Shown: positions 18,411 through 27,899 of the stretch, piece by piece
Layout of the letters: the number at the start of each line of letters is the position of its first letter
Position numbering within the stretch: the first letter of the stretch is position 1
DNA from: Planctomycetota bacterium
GTDB lineage: Bacteria > Planctomycetota > UBA1135 > JACQFD01
Assembly: GCA_046160785.1 (NCBI GenBank)
Contig: JBJXHE010000017.1
Coordinates: 8,038 to 72,037 of the forward strand
Length of the DNA stretch: 64,000 nucleotides
Direction of reading: 5' to 3'
The notes under the pieces: model-generated
The model's input: only the letters and a program-made list of their open reading frames with translations
Told to the model about the DNA's origin: nothing
Databases searched by the model: none
Position numbers and translations under genes: made by a program

Positions 18411-20210
18411 CTACTCGTCGTCAGTCTGAAGAACCGCGAGGAACGCGTCCTGCGGAATTTCAACATTGCCGACCGACTTCATGCGCTTCTTTCCTTCTTT
18501 TTGTTTATCTAACAATTTGCGCTTTCGCGACACGTCGCCGCCGTAGCACTTTGCAATAACATTCTTGAGCATCGGTTTGATCGTTTCGCGCGCGACGATC
18601 TTTCCGCCGATGGCGACCTGCAGCGCAATTTCAAACAAATGACGCGGTATCTCTTTTCTTAATTTTAACAATATCGCGCGGCCGCGGCGTTCCGCGTATT
18701 GCCGTTCGACAATGGTGGAAAGCGCGTCGACTTCCTGCCCGCTCACTAAGATTCGACATTTTACTAAATCGGCGTCGCGATAGCCGGCGACTTCATAATC
18801 CATCGTTCCGTAGCCGCGCGTCGCGCTTTTTAATTTATCATAAAAATCAAACAATATTTCCGCGAGTGGCATTTCAAATACAACAAGCGCGCGCGTCGGC
18901 GAAAGATACTCCGTTTTTTTGTAAGCACCGCGCCGGTCATTGCATAATTTCATCATCGTGCCGATCGACTCCGATGGCACGAGCAGCGATAAATTAACAA
19001 TTGGTTCGCGGAATTCTTTGAATACCGACGGATCCGGCACGTCCGCGGCGCTCTTGATTCTTTTAACAGAACCGTCGTTCATAACAATTTCGTAACCGAC
19101 CGACGGCGCCGTCGTCACAATATCAATATTGCTTTCTCGTTCGATGCGCTCCTGGATCACTTCCATATGCAATAATCCGAGGAACCCGCAGCGGAAACCG
19201 AAACCGAGCGCTTCCGACGTCTCCGGTTCGTAAGTAAACGACGCGTCGTTTAATGATAATTTATCTAATGCCAGCCGCAGCGCTTCGTAGTCGGCGTGAT
19301 TTGTAGGATACATGCCGCAGAACACCATCGGCTTCGGCTCGACATAACCCGGAAGCGCAGCGCCGCGCTCGCCTTTTTCAGATGTAACAGTATCGCCGAT
19401 GCGGACGTCCTGAAGACGCTTAATACCCGCGACGATGTATCCGACTTCGCCTGCTTCGAGGCCTTCGCCGGGCGTGCGCTTCGGGCGGAAAACGCCAATT
19501 TCGATCACTTCATATCCGCGGCCGGTTCCTAACATTACAATTCGGTCGCGTCTCTTAATTTTTCCATCAATTAAGCGAACGTATATAATAACGCCCATGT
19601 AATCGTCGAAGACAGAATCGAATATGAGGGCGCGCAACGGTTTTGTAGCATCTCCCGACGGCGGGGGAATTCTCTCAATAATCGCTGCTAATAATCCGTC
19701 GACGTTCTGGCCCGTCTTCGCCGACACGCGCACGCACTCTTCCTTCGGCAATGCTAATGAATTTTCAATTTCTATATCCACTTCCTCCGGGCGCGCGTGC
19801 GGAAGATCAATTTTATTTTGAACGGGGATTATTGTTAGCCCCGCGTTAATGGCTAAATGTGCGTTTGCTACAGTTTGCGCCTCGACGCCCTGCGACGAAT
19901 CTACTAATAAAAGCGCGCCCTCGCACGCTTGCAAACTCTTCATCACTTCATACGAAAAATCGACGTGCCCCGGCGTGTCGATCATGTTCAGCCGGTATTC
20001 CTTGCCGCGAAATTTATATTGCATTGCGACGGCCTTCGCTTTGATCGTGATGCCGCGCTCGCGCTCGAGGTCCATTCCGTCGAGCGTTTGCTCGCGCATG
20101 TCGCGGCGTTCGATCGTTCCGGTCGTTTCAAGGAATCGGTCGGCCAGAGTCGACTTGCCGTGGTCGATGTGCGCAACGATACAAAAATTGCGAATTACAG
20201 AGTCGGCCAA
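18411..20210 (-). CDS. lepA: Translation elongation factor 4
   Basis: The G-domain motifs are AHIDHGKST, DTPGH and NKID. The 599-aa protein has a LepA-specific C-terminus, and gene order is the classic lepA-lepB. Confidence 0.95.
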   Translation of the reverse strand: MADSVIRNFCIVAHIDHGKSTLADRFLETTGTIERRDMREQTLDGMDLERERGITIKAKAVAMQYKFRGKEYRLNMIDTPGHVDFSYEVMKSLQACEGALLLVDSSQGVEAQTVANAHLAINAGLTIIPVQNKIDLPHARPEEVDIEIENSLALPKEECVRVSAKTGQNVDGLLAAIIERIPPPSGDATKPLRALIFDSVFDDYMGVIIYVRLIDGKIKRRDRIVMLGTGRGYEVIEIGVFRPKRTPGEGLEAGEVGYIVAGIKRLQDVRIGDTVTSEKGERGAALPGYVEPKPMVFCGMYPTNHADYEALRLALDKLSLNDASFTYEPETSEALGFGFRCGFLGLLHMEVIQERIERESNIDIVTTAPSVGYEIVMNDGSVKRIKSAADVPDPSVFKEFREPIVNLSLLVPSESIGTMMKLCNDRRGAYKKTEYLSPTRALVVFEMPLAEILFDFYDKLKSATRGYGTMDYEVAGYRDADLVKCRILVSGQEVDALSTIVERQYAERRGRAILLKLRKEIPRHLFEIALQVAIGGKIVARETIKPMLKNVIAKCYGGDVSRKRKLLDKQKEGKKRMKSVGNVEIPQDAFLAVLQTDDE

Positions 20211-20314
20211 GGTCAGGTGATATTTGTGAAAAGGGCGGTGGCGGTGAAAGCGATCAGTGTAAGCGTAATGATCGCCAAAGCGACAGAGTGAGCGGCCCCC
20301 GCGGCGTGCCGCCG

Positions 20315-23300
20315 CTATTTCAAACCGGCCAAATACTCCAATAAATCCCGCATCTCGCGGCGATTGATAAACTTCCCGAGGCCTTCGGGCATCGACGAAA
20401 TATCGGGGCGGCGTTCGAGAATTTCGGCGGCGGGGACGTCCGCGAGCGTGTTGTCGGGTTTGCGAAGTTTAACAATCGTCGCGTCTTCGGATTCGATGCG
20501 CCCCGAAATAACTGTATGATCCTTCAATTCGAGAACGGTGGAATGATAACCATTTGTAATCTTACGATTCGGGTCGACGATCGCTTCTAATATATGCATT
20601 CGCGTCGAACGCGCGGAGAGACCGCGCAGGTCGGGGCCGACGACGCCCGCGTCGTCGTTGCTCGTTTTGTGGCACCGCAGACACGACAGTGAATTGTTAT
20701 TTCTAAAGATTAACTTTCCGCGTTCCGCGTCGCCGCCGTAAAGGCTGTCGAGCCACGGCGCGATCAGCGGATCCGTTTCCATTGCTAATTTTCGGCGCGG
20801 CATGCGGCCCGGAATTGTATCTTTCCATTTTTTCTCCGCCGCTTCGAGAATTTCAAGAGAGGCTTCCGCGGGCGCGAGCGACGCGTCGAGTTTTGTTAAC
20901 CAATTGGCAAGAATACCCTCCGCTTCAGGATTTGTACTTTTTAGTAATGAATCGGCCGTTAAAATATCTGTAATAATATCAAATGCCGCCCGCATCTCGG
21001 GCGCGCTGCCCTGCGTCAGCGCCGCTTGCGCCGCGGCGAGCGCATTGTTAGGAATGACTTTTCGGATGGTCTCTAGCGCCGCGACGCGCACTTCGAGCGC
21101 GCGATCCGACAGCGCGCCTGTTAATGATGAGGCGAGGTCGGGCGGATGGAGTTCTACTAACGTTCGCAGCGCCTCGCCGCGGAGTTTCGCGGAGAGATTC
21201 TGATCCTGGAGCCACTTTTTGATACGTTCGCCCTCCGCGTTAATTTTATATTTCGCGACGAGCTTCGCCCATTGTAACAAAAAGGCCTCGGGCGCTTTTT
21301 CAAAACCGTCCGCGGCCATTTCGTGAATCACAACAGATAAAACGCGCTTCGCATCGTTAGCTTCTGCTTCGCTTCGTACGATCGGCCGCCACTCGCCGGT
21401 CACCGCGTCGCGCGAGCCGGGCGCGGGGAAATTGTTTAAATGAGACAATGCTTCGAGTCGCAGCGCTTCGGAAACGTCGGCGCGCATCGCGAATTGTGCA
21501 ATCGCGCGAATGTTGGCTTCGCCTCCGATCCGCAGCGCCGCCGCCAGCGCGCGCCGCAGCGCGGGCGCTTCTTTAAGATTCGTATTTTGTAGTTGTAATG
21601 TTAAATCTCCGAGCGACGCCTCGATCGGAACATCATAAATCGCGCGCGCCGCTTCATTCACAACGCGCGCATCGGCGTCGTTTAAGTAAATAGATGCCGC
21701 CGGATCCTCTCGCCGTCTTAATGCTACAACTGCGCCGGTGCGCACGTCGGCCGACGCGTGTTTTGCTGCCGATTGTAATTGTTCATTCGTCGCGCATGCG
21801 GCGAGCGCCATCGCCGCCGCGTGGCGCAGCGCACGGTCGTTTTGCCCGGCGTCAATTAACAATTGAAATAACGCTTCTGTTACATTCGACGTTCCCACCT
21901 TTGAGAGCGCGATTGCAGCTTGAAGCCGCACGGGCGCGCTCGAATCGCTCAAACCTTTTATTAATGATTCCGCGGAATTCTTAACTTTTAGATTTCCGCA
22001 CGCGCGCGCGGCCTGCGCGCGAACCTCGTGCGCACGATCCGCAAGAAAATTAATAAACAGTTTGTCGTTCTTAATTTGATATTCACGTTGCGCGATCTCC
22101 AGACCCCAAAGTGCATGAACGCGCGCGAAAATATTCTTCGATTTTAACAAAACGTCGTGGAGTGCTTCCCCGCCCTTTTCACCGCGCGCAGCGAGTTCAA
22201 AATGAGCTTCCTGCCGCACGCGCTGGTCGCTGTGTTCCAATAGTAATGCTAATTCTTCGACGGCGCGGCCAGCCATTCCTTCCGATAACAATTTCGCGGT
22301 ATTTGTAGCTAATGCAATATTCTCAGCCGTCGCGCCCGGAAACGTTGCTTTGTAAATTCTGCCCTTGCCTGTCATTTCCCACCCCTGCACCCAATCTGTA
22401 AAATATAACGATCCGTCGGGCGCAAAATCGCAGTCGGTCACGAGCGTATTCCAAATAAACTTTTCCGACGGGCCCAAATCAAACGTCGCGCCTTTGGGTT
22501 TTAATGTAAATGATAGAATTCCGCTCCACGCCGGATCGCCTTCAAATTCACACAGAAAAAAGTGATTCTTATATTCCGGAGAAAGGCCCGTGCCGGGATA
22601 ATAAGTAAGTCCGGAGGGGCCGTTCGCGAACCATTGAATCGGTGGAATAATATACGCCGCCTGTCCCTCCCACTGCGGATGCCACAATTTTTCTTCGTTC
22701 CACGGCCCGCGCAAATGCGGATCGCCGAGCCATTGATAACCATAACGCCAGCCGCTGTCGCCGCCCTCGACGACATGCACAAATCGAGCGCGGTCGCCGC
22801 CGTCGGAATTGTTATCTCCGGTAAATAAATTTCCGAATTCATCAAATACTAATTCTTGCGGATTGCGCAGCCCGCGCGCGAATACTTCCAAATCGGAGCC
22901 GTCGAGATTGCATCGAAGCACCGCGCCTGTATCGTGATTTTCCACGCGCCCGCCAGGAATTTTAACATTCAGTCCGCGGTCGCCGCACGAAAAGTAAAGT
23001 TTACGATCGGGGCCGATGCGCAGCCCGTGCAGATCGTGTCCGATCATAGCAATATGAACGCCGTATCCGTAATGCAACGATTTTCGCTCGTCCGCGACGC
23101 CGTCGGAATTGTTATCGCGTAACATCCACAAATCCGGGATGCACGTATAATAAACATTACCTTTGTATGATAGTAATCCTGATCCGACTCCGGACGCCGC
23201 TTCATTAAATCCATCGGCGAAAACTTTATCGATATCCGCGATCCCGTCGCCGTCGGTGTCCTTCAGCCAGCGCACGCGATCCGGCGCTTTGCTATAATCA

Positions 23301-23683
23301 TCAAAATTATCTTTATCGTGTTTTTTATGAAGAGCGACGCGATCCTCGACCGTCTTCGCGGCCAGGTCATCGTCGCACCAATCCATATGAAGGCGAATAT
23401 CTGTAACGCCTTTGTGAAGGCGGAACGTCTCGGCAACGTAAAAGTTATTTTGATAATCTATACAAAACGAAACCGGATTTGCTAATTGTGGCTCCGCCGC
23501 AAAAAGAGTTATTTGCATTCCCTGTTTCAGTTGCATCTTGGCGATCGCGGCCTTTCCTTCATTTGACGCCGACTCGACGCGAGGCGCGAAATCCTTATCA
23601 TCTCCGGGAATTATCAATACGGCCGAGAGCGCGGCCGCCAGAGCGAAACGCGAAAATTTATGAGTGGAGTCGTGGTGCATCAC
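20315..23683 (-). CDS. PVC-type membrane-bound dehydrogenase-like beta-propeller / HEAT-repeat / CxxCH heme-binding protein
   Basis: The N-terminal half resembles glucose/sorbosone dehydrogenase. The centre carries HEAT-like repeats. A C-terminal cytochrome c motif is CLRCH. As I recall it, this architecture defines Pirellula/Verrucomicrobium-type families. Confidence 0.75.
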   Translation of the reverse strand: MMHHDSTHKFSRFALAAALSAVLIIPGDDKDFAPRVESASNEGKAAIAKMQLKQGMQITLFAAEPQLANPVSFCIDYQNNFYVAETFRLHKGVTDIRLHMDWCDDDLAAKTVEDRVALHKKHDKDNFDDYSKAPDRVRWLKDTDGDGIADIDKVFADGFNEAASGVGSGLLSYKGNVYYTCIPDLWMLRDNNSDGVADERKSLHYGYGVHIAMIGHDLHGLRIGPDRKLYFSCGDRGLNVKIPGGRVENHDTGAVLRCNLDGSDLEVFARGLRNPQELVFDEFGNLFTGDNNSDGGDRARFVHVVEGGDSGWRYGYQWLGDPHLRGPWNEEKLWHPQWEGQAAYIIPPIQWFANGPSGLTYYPGTGLSPEYKNHFFLCEFEGDPAWSGILSFTLKPKGATFDLGPSEKFIWNTLVTDCDFAPDGSLYFTDWVQGWEMTGKGRIYKATFPGATAENIALATNTAKLLSEGMAGRAVEELALLLEHSDQRVRQEAHFELAARGEKGGEALHDVLLKSKNIFARVHALWGLEIAQREYQIKNDKLFINFLADRAHEVRAQAARACGNLKVKNSAESLIKGLSDSSAPVRLQAAIALSKVGTSNVTEALFQLLIDAGQNDRALRHAAAMALAACATNEQLQSAAKHASADVRTGAVVALRRREDPAASIYLNDADARVVNEAARAIYDVPIEASLGDLTLQLQNTNLKEAPALRRALAAALRIGGEANIRAIAQFAMRADVSEALRLEALSHLNNFPAPGSRDAVTGEWRPIVRSEAEANDAKRVLSVVIHEMAADGFEKAPEAFLLQWAKLVAKYKINAEGERIKKWLQDQNLSAKLRGEALRTLVELHPPDLASSLTGALSDRALEVRVAALETIRKVIPNNALAAAQAALTQGSAPEMRAAFDIITDILTADSLLKSTNPEAEGILANWLTKLDASLAPAEASLEILEAAEKKWKDTIPGRMPRRKLAMETDPLIAPWLDSLYGGDAERGKLIFRNNNSLSCLRCHKTSNDDAGVVGPDLRGLSARSTRMHILEAIVDPNRKITNGYHSTVLELKDHTVISGRIESEDATIVKLRKPDNTLADVPAAEILERRPDISSMPEGLGKFINRREMRDLLEYLAGLK

Positions 23684-23748
23684 GCGGAGCGCAAAGATAC
23701 ACGAAAGATCTGGTATGCTCCCGTGCTTGGCCTCTCACCTTCTCATCT

Positions 23749-26700
23749 ATGCCGACTGCAACTTCCGAAACTTCGCGCGATTTTGACCTGGGCATCGCCG
23801 GTTTTCGCTACTCCGACTTATACAAACCCGGCCGCCTGCGCGAACTACAGATAGCGTTTGACCGAATTGTTGCATCTGCCGATCCTGAACTCGCGCGCGA
23901 GTGGGCTGAATTTGCCGCCGCCGGGGCGGTTGGAATTGATGCTAAGAAAACTTCGGATTTGTATATTCGCCGCGGGCGATACCTCGGACCATTTGTAGCA
24001 AAACTGTTTCATTGCGAAAGTGAGTGGGAGGCGCTCGGCGCGCAATCGGCGGCCGACACGCCGATTTTTCGTTTCAAGCGCGATTATGTAAAAAGGCGCG
24101 TTTTATCAAAATTCAAACCTAACGATTCGGCGGGCGATGCGCTGGAATTGCGAGCGGCCGTCGAGGCGATTTACCGCGCTCTCGGCGGTATTGTTCATCA
24201 TGTTAATGATGCGGAAATGGATATTGACGAAGAGCGCACAGCCGCCGTCGGCGCGCTCGAATTGTTAGATTTGCGCGCGCAGCTCGCGGGCGCGAAGTCG
24301 GCGGCCGCGCTCAAATCCGAAGGTGAAGCCGCGCGCGTGAAAGCTGAAATTCGCGCGCGGGAATTACAAACAAAACTCGCCGTCACGCGCCCCGAATATA
24401 AAGATCTCGAAATTGTAAAGTTCCTCGACGCCGCGCTCGACGTGATCGATCGCTGGATCCACGCGCGTTATTATGATTCGCGGACGCGAGCGAAAGCTAA
24501 GAATTGGTTATCGTATAAACAGCCGAAGAATCTCGACTATCAAAATCTGGTCGAAATTGTAAGAACGCAGAGTCATTTCCCCGAATTGTTTGAAGGCCCG
24601 GAGCATCATCGCCGCGAGCGCGACGGATTTCATTTAACGGATTCGCGCTGGAATTCGCGGCAAGTGCTCGGCGAAACGCACTATTGTTTGCTTTGCCACG
24701 ATCGCGACAAAGATTCGTGCTCGAAGGGATTTGTAAACGATAAGAAAGGTTATAATATAAATCCGCTGGGTGTGCCGCTCTCGGGCTGTCCGCTCGACGA
24801 GAAGATATCGGAGATGCATGTGCTGCGGCGCGAAGGCGATTCGATCGGCGCGCTCGCGATTATTATTGTTGATAATCCGATGTGTCCGGGCACCGGACAC
24901 CGCATTTGTAATGATTGCATGAAGGGTTGCATTTTTCAGAAGCAGGAGCCCGTTAATATTCCGCAAATTGAAACGGGCGTGTTAACGGATGTATTAAATC
25001 TTCCGTACGGATTTGAGATTTACGGATTATTAACACGCTGGAATCCGCTCGACGTGCGCCGGCCGCATCTGCTTCCATATAATGGTAAGAATGTGCTGAT
25101 CGTCGGCCTCGGCCCCGCGGGTTACACGCTCGCGCAATATTTGTTAAAAGAGGGATTCGGCGTCGCGGGTGTCGACGGGCTCAAGATCGAGCCGCTTCCC
25201 GCGGATCTCACGGGCGCCGATGGCAATATTCCGCGCGCGGTCAAGAATTATAAAGAACTCGAAGTGGACTTGGCCGGCCGTCCGCTGATCGGTTTTGGCG
25301 GCGTGAGCGAATATGGCATCACCGTTCGATGGGACAAGAACTTTTTAACTGTTATATATTTAACGCTCGCGCGAAACCGGCATTTTAAGATTTACGGAGG
25401 CGTGCGCTTCGGCGGAACACTAACAATCGACGACGCGTGGAAACTCGGATTCGATCACATCGCCATAGCCGCGGGCGCGGGCAAGCCTACTATTGTTGAA
25501 TTTGAAAATAACTTAATTCGCGGAATTCGAAAAGCCTCCGACTTTTTGATGGCATTACAATTAACGGGCGCGTTTCGCAAGGATTCGCTCGCAAATTTAC
25601 AAGTGAGGCTTCCCGCAATTGTTATCGGCGGAGGGCTTACCGCAATCGACACCGCGACGGAATTATTAGCCTATTACGTCGTGCAGGTGGAAAAAGTTAT
25701 CGAGAGGTTTGAATCGATTTGTAGTGAGATTGGCGAGCCGAGCGTTTGGCAAATGTATGATTCCGAAGAAAAGGAAATTCTGCGCGAGGCGGTCGAACAC
25801 GGGCGCGCCGTTCGTAATGAAAGGCTCGCGGCGGAAAAAGAAAACCGCGCGCCACGATTTCAACATTTATTAAATTCGTGGGGCGGCGTTTCTATCGTTT
25901 ACAGAAAAACAGTTCAGGAATCACCGGCCTATCGTTTAAATCACGAGGAGGTTGAGAAATGTCTTGAAGAGGGAGTTCGTTTTATTGAAAAGCTCTCGCC
26001 GAAGCGGGCGATCGCGGACGCAACGGGCGCGCTTTCCGAGATGGAGTTTACAAAAACGGACTCGCCCGAAGAAATTGTAAAATTAACTGTTCGGACGTGC
26101 TGCGTCGCGGCGGGAACGAGCCCGAATACGACGTATGAGCGCGAACTGCCGGGTTCATTTCAAGTGGATGCAAGAAAAGGTTTCTTCAAGCCGAACCGCG
26201 TTGTTAACAATTCGACTGGGATGTTAACGTTAGAATCGTGCGATTCAGGAGCGACCGGCGCGTTCTTTACTTCCTATCAAAACGACGGGCGCTTTATAAG
26301 TTATTACGGCGATAATCATCCGAAGTACGCAGGCTCCGTCGTGCGCGCCATGGCGTCGGCGCGTGACGGCGCTCCATTTGTAATCAAACTATTCGAATCG
26401 GAATTATCACAATTAAATCCGAGCGAGCAATCCGCGCGCAACGCACGATGGAACGATTTCACAACTCGCCTCGACGATGAATTATTAGCAACCGTCGTGC
26501 GTGTGGATCGTTTAACTCCAACGATTGTTGACGTTGTTGTTCACGCACCCCTTGCTGCTCGCGGTTTTCGTCCCGGACAATTTTATCGTTTGCAAAATTA
26601 TGAATCCTATTCGCGGAGCGGGAGCGTTCAGTCGTCGAGTGCCGTGTTAACGATGGAGGGTATCGCTCTGACGGGCGCATCGAATGATGTCGAGCGCGGA

Positions 26701-27465
26701 TTATTATCATTAATTATCCTTGAGATGGGAGTGAGCTCGCGGCTCTGCGGATTGTTGAAACCCGGCGAACCCATTGTTGTCATGGGCCCGACCGGCGCGC
26801 CCACCGAAATACCCAAGAACGAAACTGTAGTATTGTGTGGCGGCGGCCTCGGCAACGCCGTGCTGTTTTCGATTGCACGCGCACTCAAAGACAACGGATG
26901 CAAAGTTATCTATTTCGCAGGATACAAAAAACCCGAAGATTTGTTTAAACGCGACGAGATCGAAGCGGGAACACATCAAATCATTTGGTCAACGGACACG
27001 GCTCCCGCGATCGCGCCTCGCCGGCCGCAGGATCGCGCATTTGTTGGAAACATCGTTCAAGCAATGTTAAGTTTCGCGAAAGGCGAACTCGGCGAGGTCG
27101 TCGCTCCGCTCTCGGATGCATCGCGTTTGATTGTGATTGGTAGTGATCGGATGATGGCAGCCGTTTCGCGCGCACGGCATGAATTGTTAAAACCGTATTT
27201 GAATGAAGCGCACGTCGGAATTGGTAGTATTAACTCTCCGATGCAATGTATGATGAAAGAGGTTTGCGCCCAGTGTTTGCAGCGCCACGTGGATCCCGTT
27301 ACTAAGAAAGAGAAATTTGTATTTTCATGTTTCAACCAGGATCAACCGTTAGATTGCGTCGATTGGTCTCATTTGGCGGCGCGGCTGCGCCAGAATAGCG
27401 TTCATGAGAAACTAACCAATCTTTGGCTCACGCGAGCGCTCAATCGCATTTCCGATAAGTCATAA
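23749..27465 (+). CDS. Large fusion oxidoreductase: unknown N-domain + GltD/NfnB-like (Fe-S + FAD/NAD(P)H) + PyrK/NfnA-like (FNR fold + 2Fe-2S)
   Basis: ATG 23749 is chosen because the upstream part of the listed ORF overlaps the divergent gene. Cys clusters are YCLLCHDRDKDSC..GCPL and NPMCPGTGHRICNDCMKGC. The Rossmann motif is LIVGLGPAGYTLA. The FNR-like region is RFRPGQFYRLQN. The C-terminal pattern is CMMKEVCAQC...C. Confidence 0.65.
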   Translation: MPTATSETSRDFDLGIAGFRYSDLYKPGRLRELQIAFDRIVASADPELAREWAEFAAAGAVGIDAKKTSDLYIRRGRYLGPFVAKLFHCESEWEALGAQSAADTPIFRFKRDYVKRRVLSKFKPNDSAGDALELRAAVEAIYRALGGIVHHVNDAEMDIDEERTAAVGALELLDLRAQLAGAKSAAALKSEGEAARVKAEIRARELQTKLAVTRPEYKDLEIVKFLDAALDVIDRWIHARYYDSRTRAKAKNWLSYKQPKNLDYQNLVEIVRTQSHFPELFEGPEHHRRERDGFHLTDSRWNSRQVLGETHYCLLCHDRDKDSCSKGFVNDKKGYNINPLGVPLSGCPLDEKISEMHVLRREGDSIGALAIIIVDNPMCPGTGHRICNDCMKGCIFQKQEPVNIPQIETGVLTDVLNLPYGFEIYGLLTRWNPLDVRRPHLLPYNGKNVLIVGLGPAGYTLAQYLLKEGFGVAGVDGLKIEPLPADLTGADGNIPRAVKNYKELEVDLAGRPLIGFGGVSEYGITVRWDKNFLTVIYLTLARNRHFKIYGGVRFGGTLTIDDAWKLGFDHIAIAAGAGKPTIVEFENNLIRGIRKASDFLMALQLTGAFRKDSLANLQVRLPAIVIGGGLTAIDTATELLAYYVVQVEKVIERFESICSEIGEPSVWQMYDSEEKEILREAVEHGRAVRNERLAAEKENRAPRFQHLLNSWGGVSIVYRKTVQESPAYRLNHEEVEKCLEEGVRFIEKLSPKRAIADATGALSEMEFTKTDSPEEIVKLTVRTCCVAAGTSPNTTYERELPGSFQVDARKGFFKPNRVVNNSTGMLTLESCDSGATGAFFTSYQNDGRFISYYGDNHPKYAGSVVRAMASARDGAPFVIKLFESELSQLNPSEQSARNARWNDFTTRLDDELLATVVRVDRLTPTIVDVVVHAPLAARGFRPGQFYRLQNYESYSRSGSVQSSSAVLTMEGIALTGASNDVERGLLSLIILEMGVSSRLCGLLKPGEPIVVMGPTGAPTEIPKNETVVLCGGGLGNAVLFSIARALKDNGCKVIYFAGYKKPEDLFKRDEIEAGTHQIIWSTDTAPAIAPRRPQDRAFVGNIVQAMLSFAKGELGEVVAPLSDASRLIVIGSDRMMAAVSRARHELLKPYLNEAHVGIGSINSPMQCMMKEVCAQCLQRHVDPVTKKEKFVFSCFNQDQPLDCVDWSHLAARLRQNSVHEKLTNLWLTRALNRISDKS

Positions 27466-27471
27466 ACGGCT

Positions 27472-27897
27472 ATGGTTCGGGATTTATTATTAATCCACGG
27501 GCTCCGGATTCCGGGCTCCGAAGTAACTTTAACATTCGCGCGCTCGGGAGGGCCGGGCGGTCAGAACGTTAATAAAGTCGCGTCGAAGGCCGTGCTGCGC
27601 TGGAGCCTCGGCGCGTCGTCTCTTTCCGAAGATGTAAAATCGCGCCTCGCGGCCAAGCTCGCGGCCCAGATTACAAATACGGGCGATATTGTTATTTCAG
27701 CCTCGGAATACCGCGACGCGCCGCGAAACGCCGAGGCCGCGGTTTCGCGGCTGGAATTGATGTTAAACAATGCGCTTCGCGTCGCGAAAAAACGAAAAGC
27801 TACAAAACCAAAATACGGATCTGTTGTAAAGCGCCTCGAACACAAACGAGCGCACGGCAATCTTAAGAAGTCGCGGCGGGTTTCGGGCGACGAGTAA
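27472..27897 (+). CDS. arfB: Alternative ribosome-rescue factor / peptidyl-tRNA hydrolase ArfB
   Basis: The protein is 141 aa with a GGQ motif (GGPGGQNVNKV) and a basic C-terminal tail (KKRKATKPKYG...KKSRR). Confidence 0.8.
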   Translation: MVRDLLLIHGLRIPGSEVTLTFARSGGPGGQNVNKVASKAVLRWSLGASSLSEDVKSRLAAKLAAQITNTGDIVISASEYRDAPRNAEAAVSRLELMLNNALRVAKKRKATKPKYGSVVKRLEHKRAHGNLKKSRRVSGDE

Positions 27898-27899
27898 GA

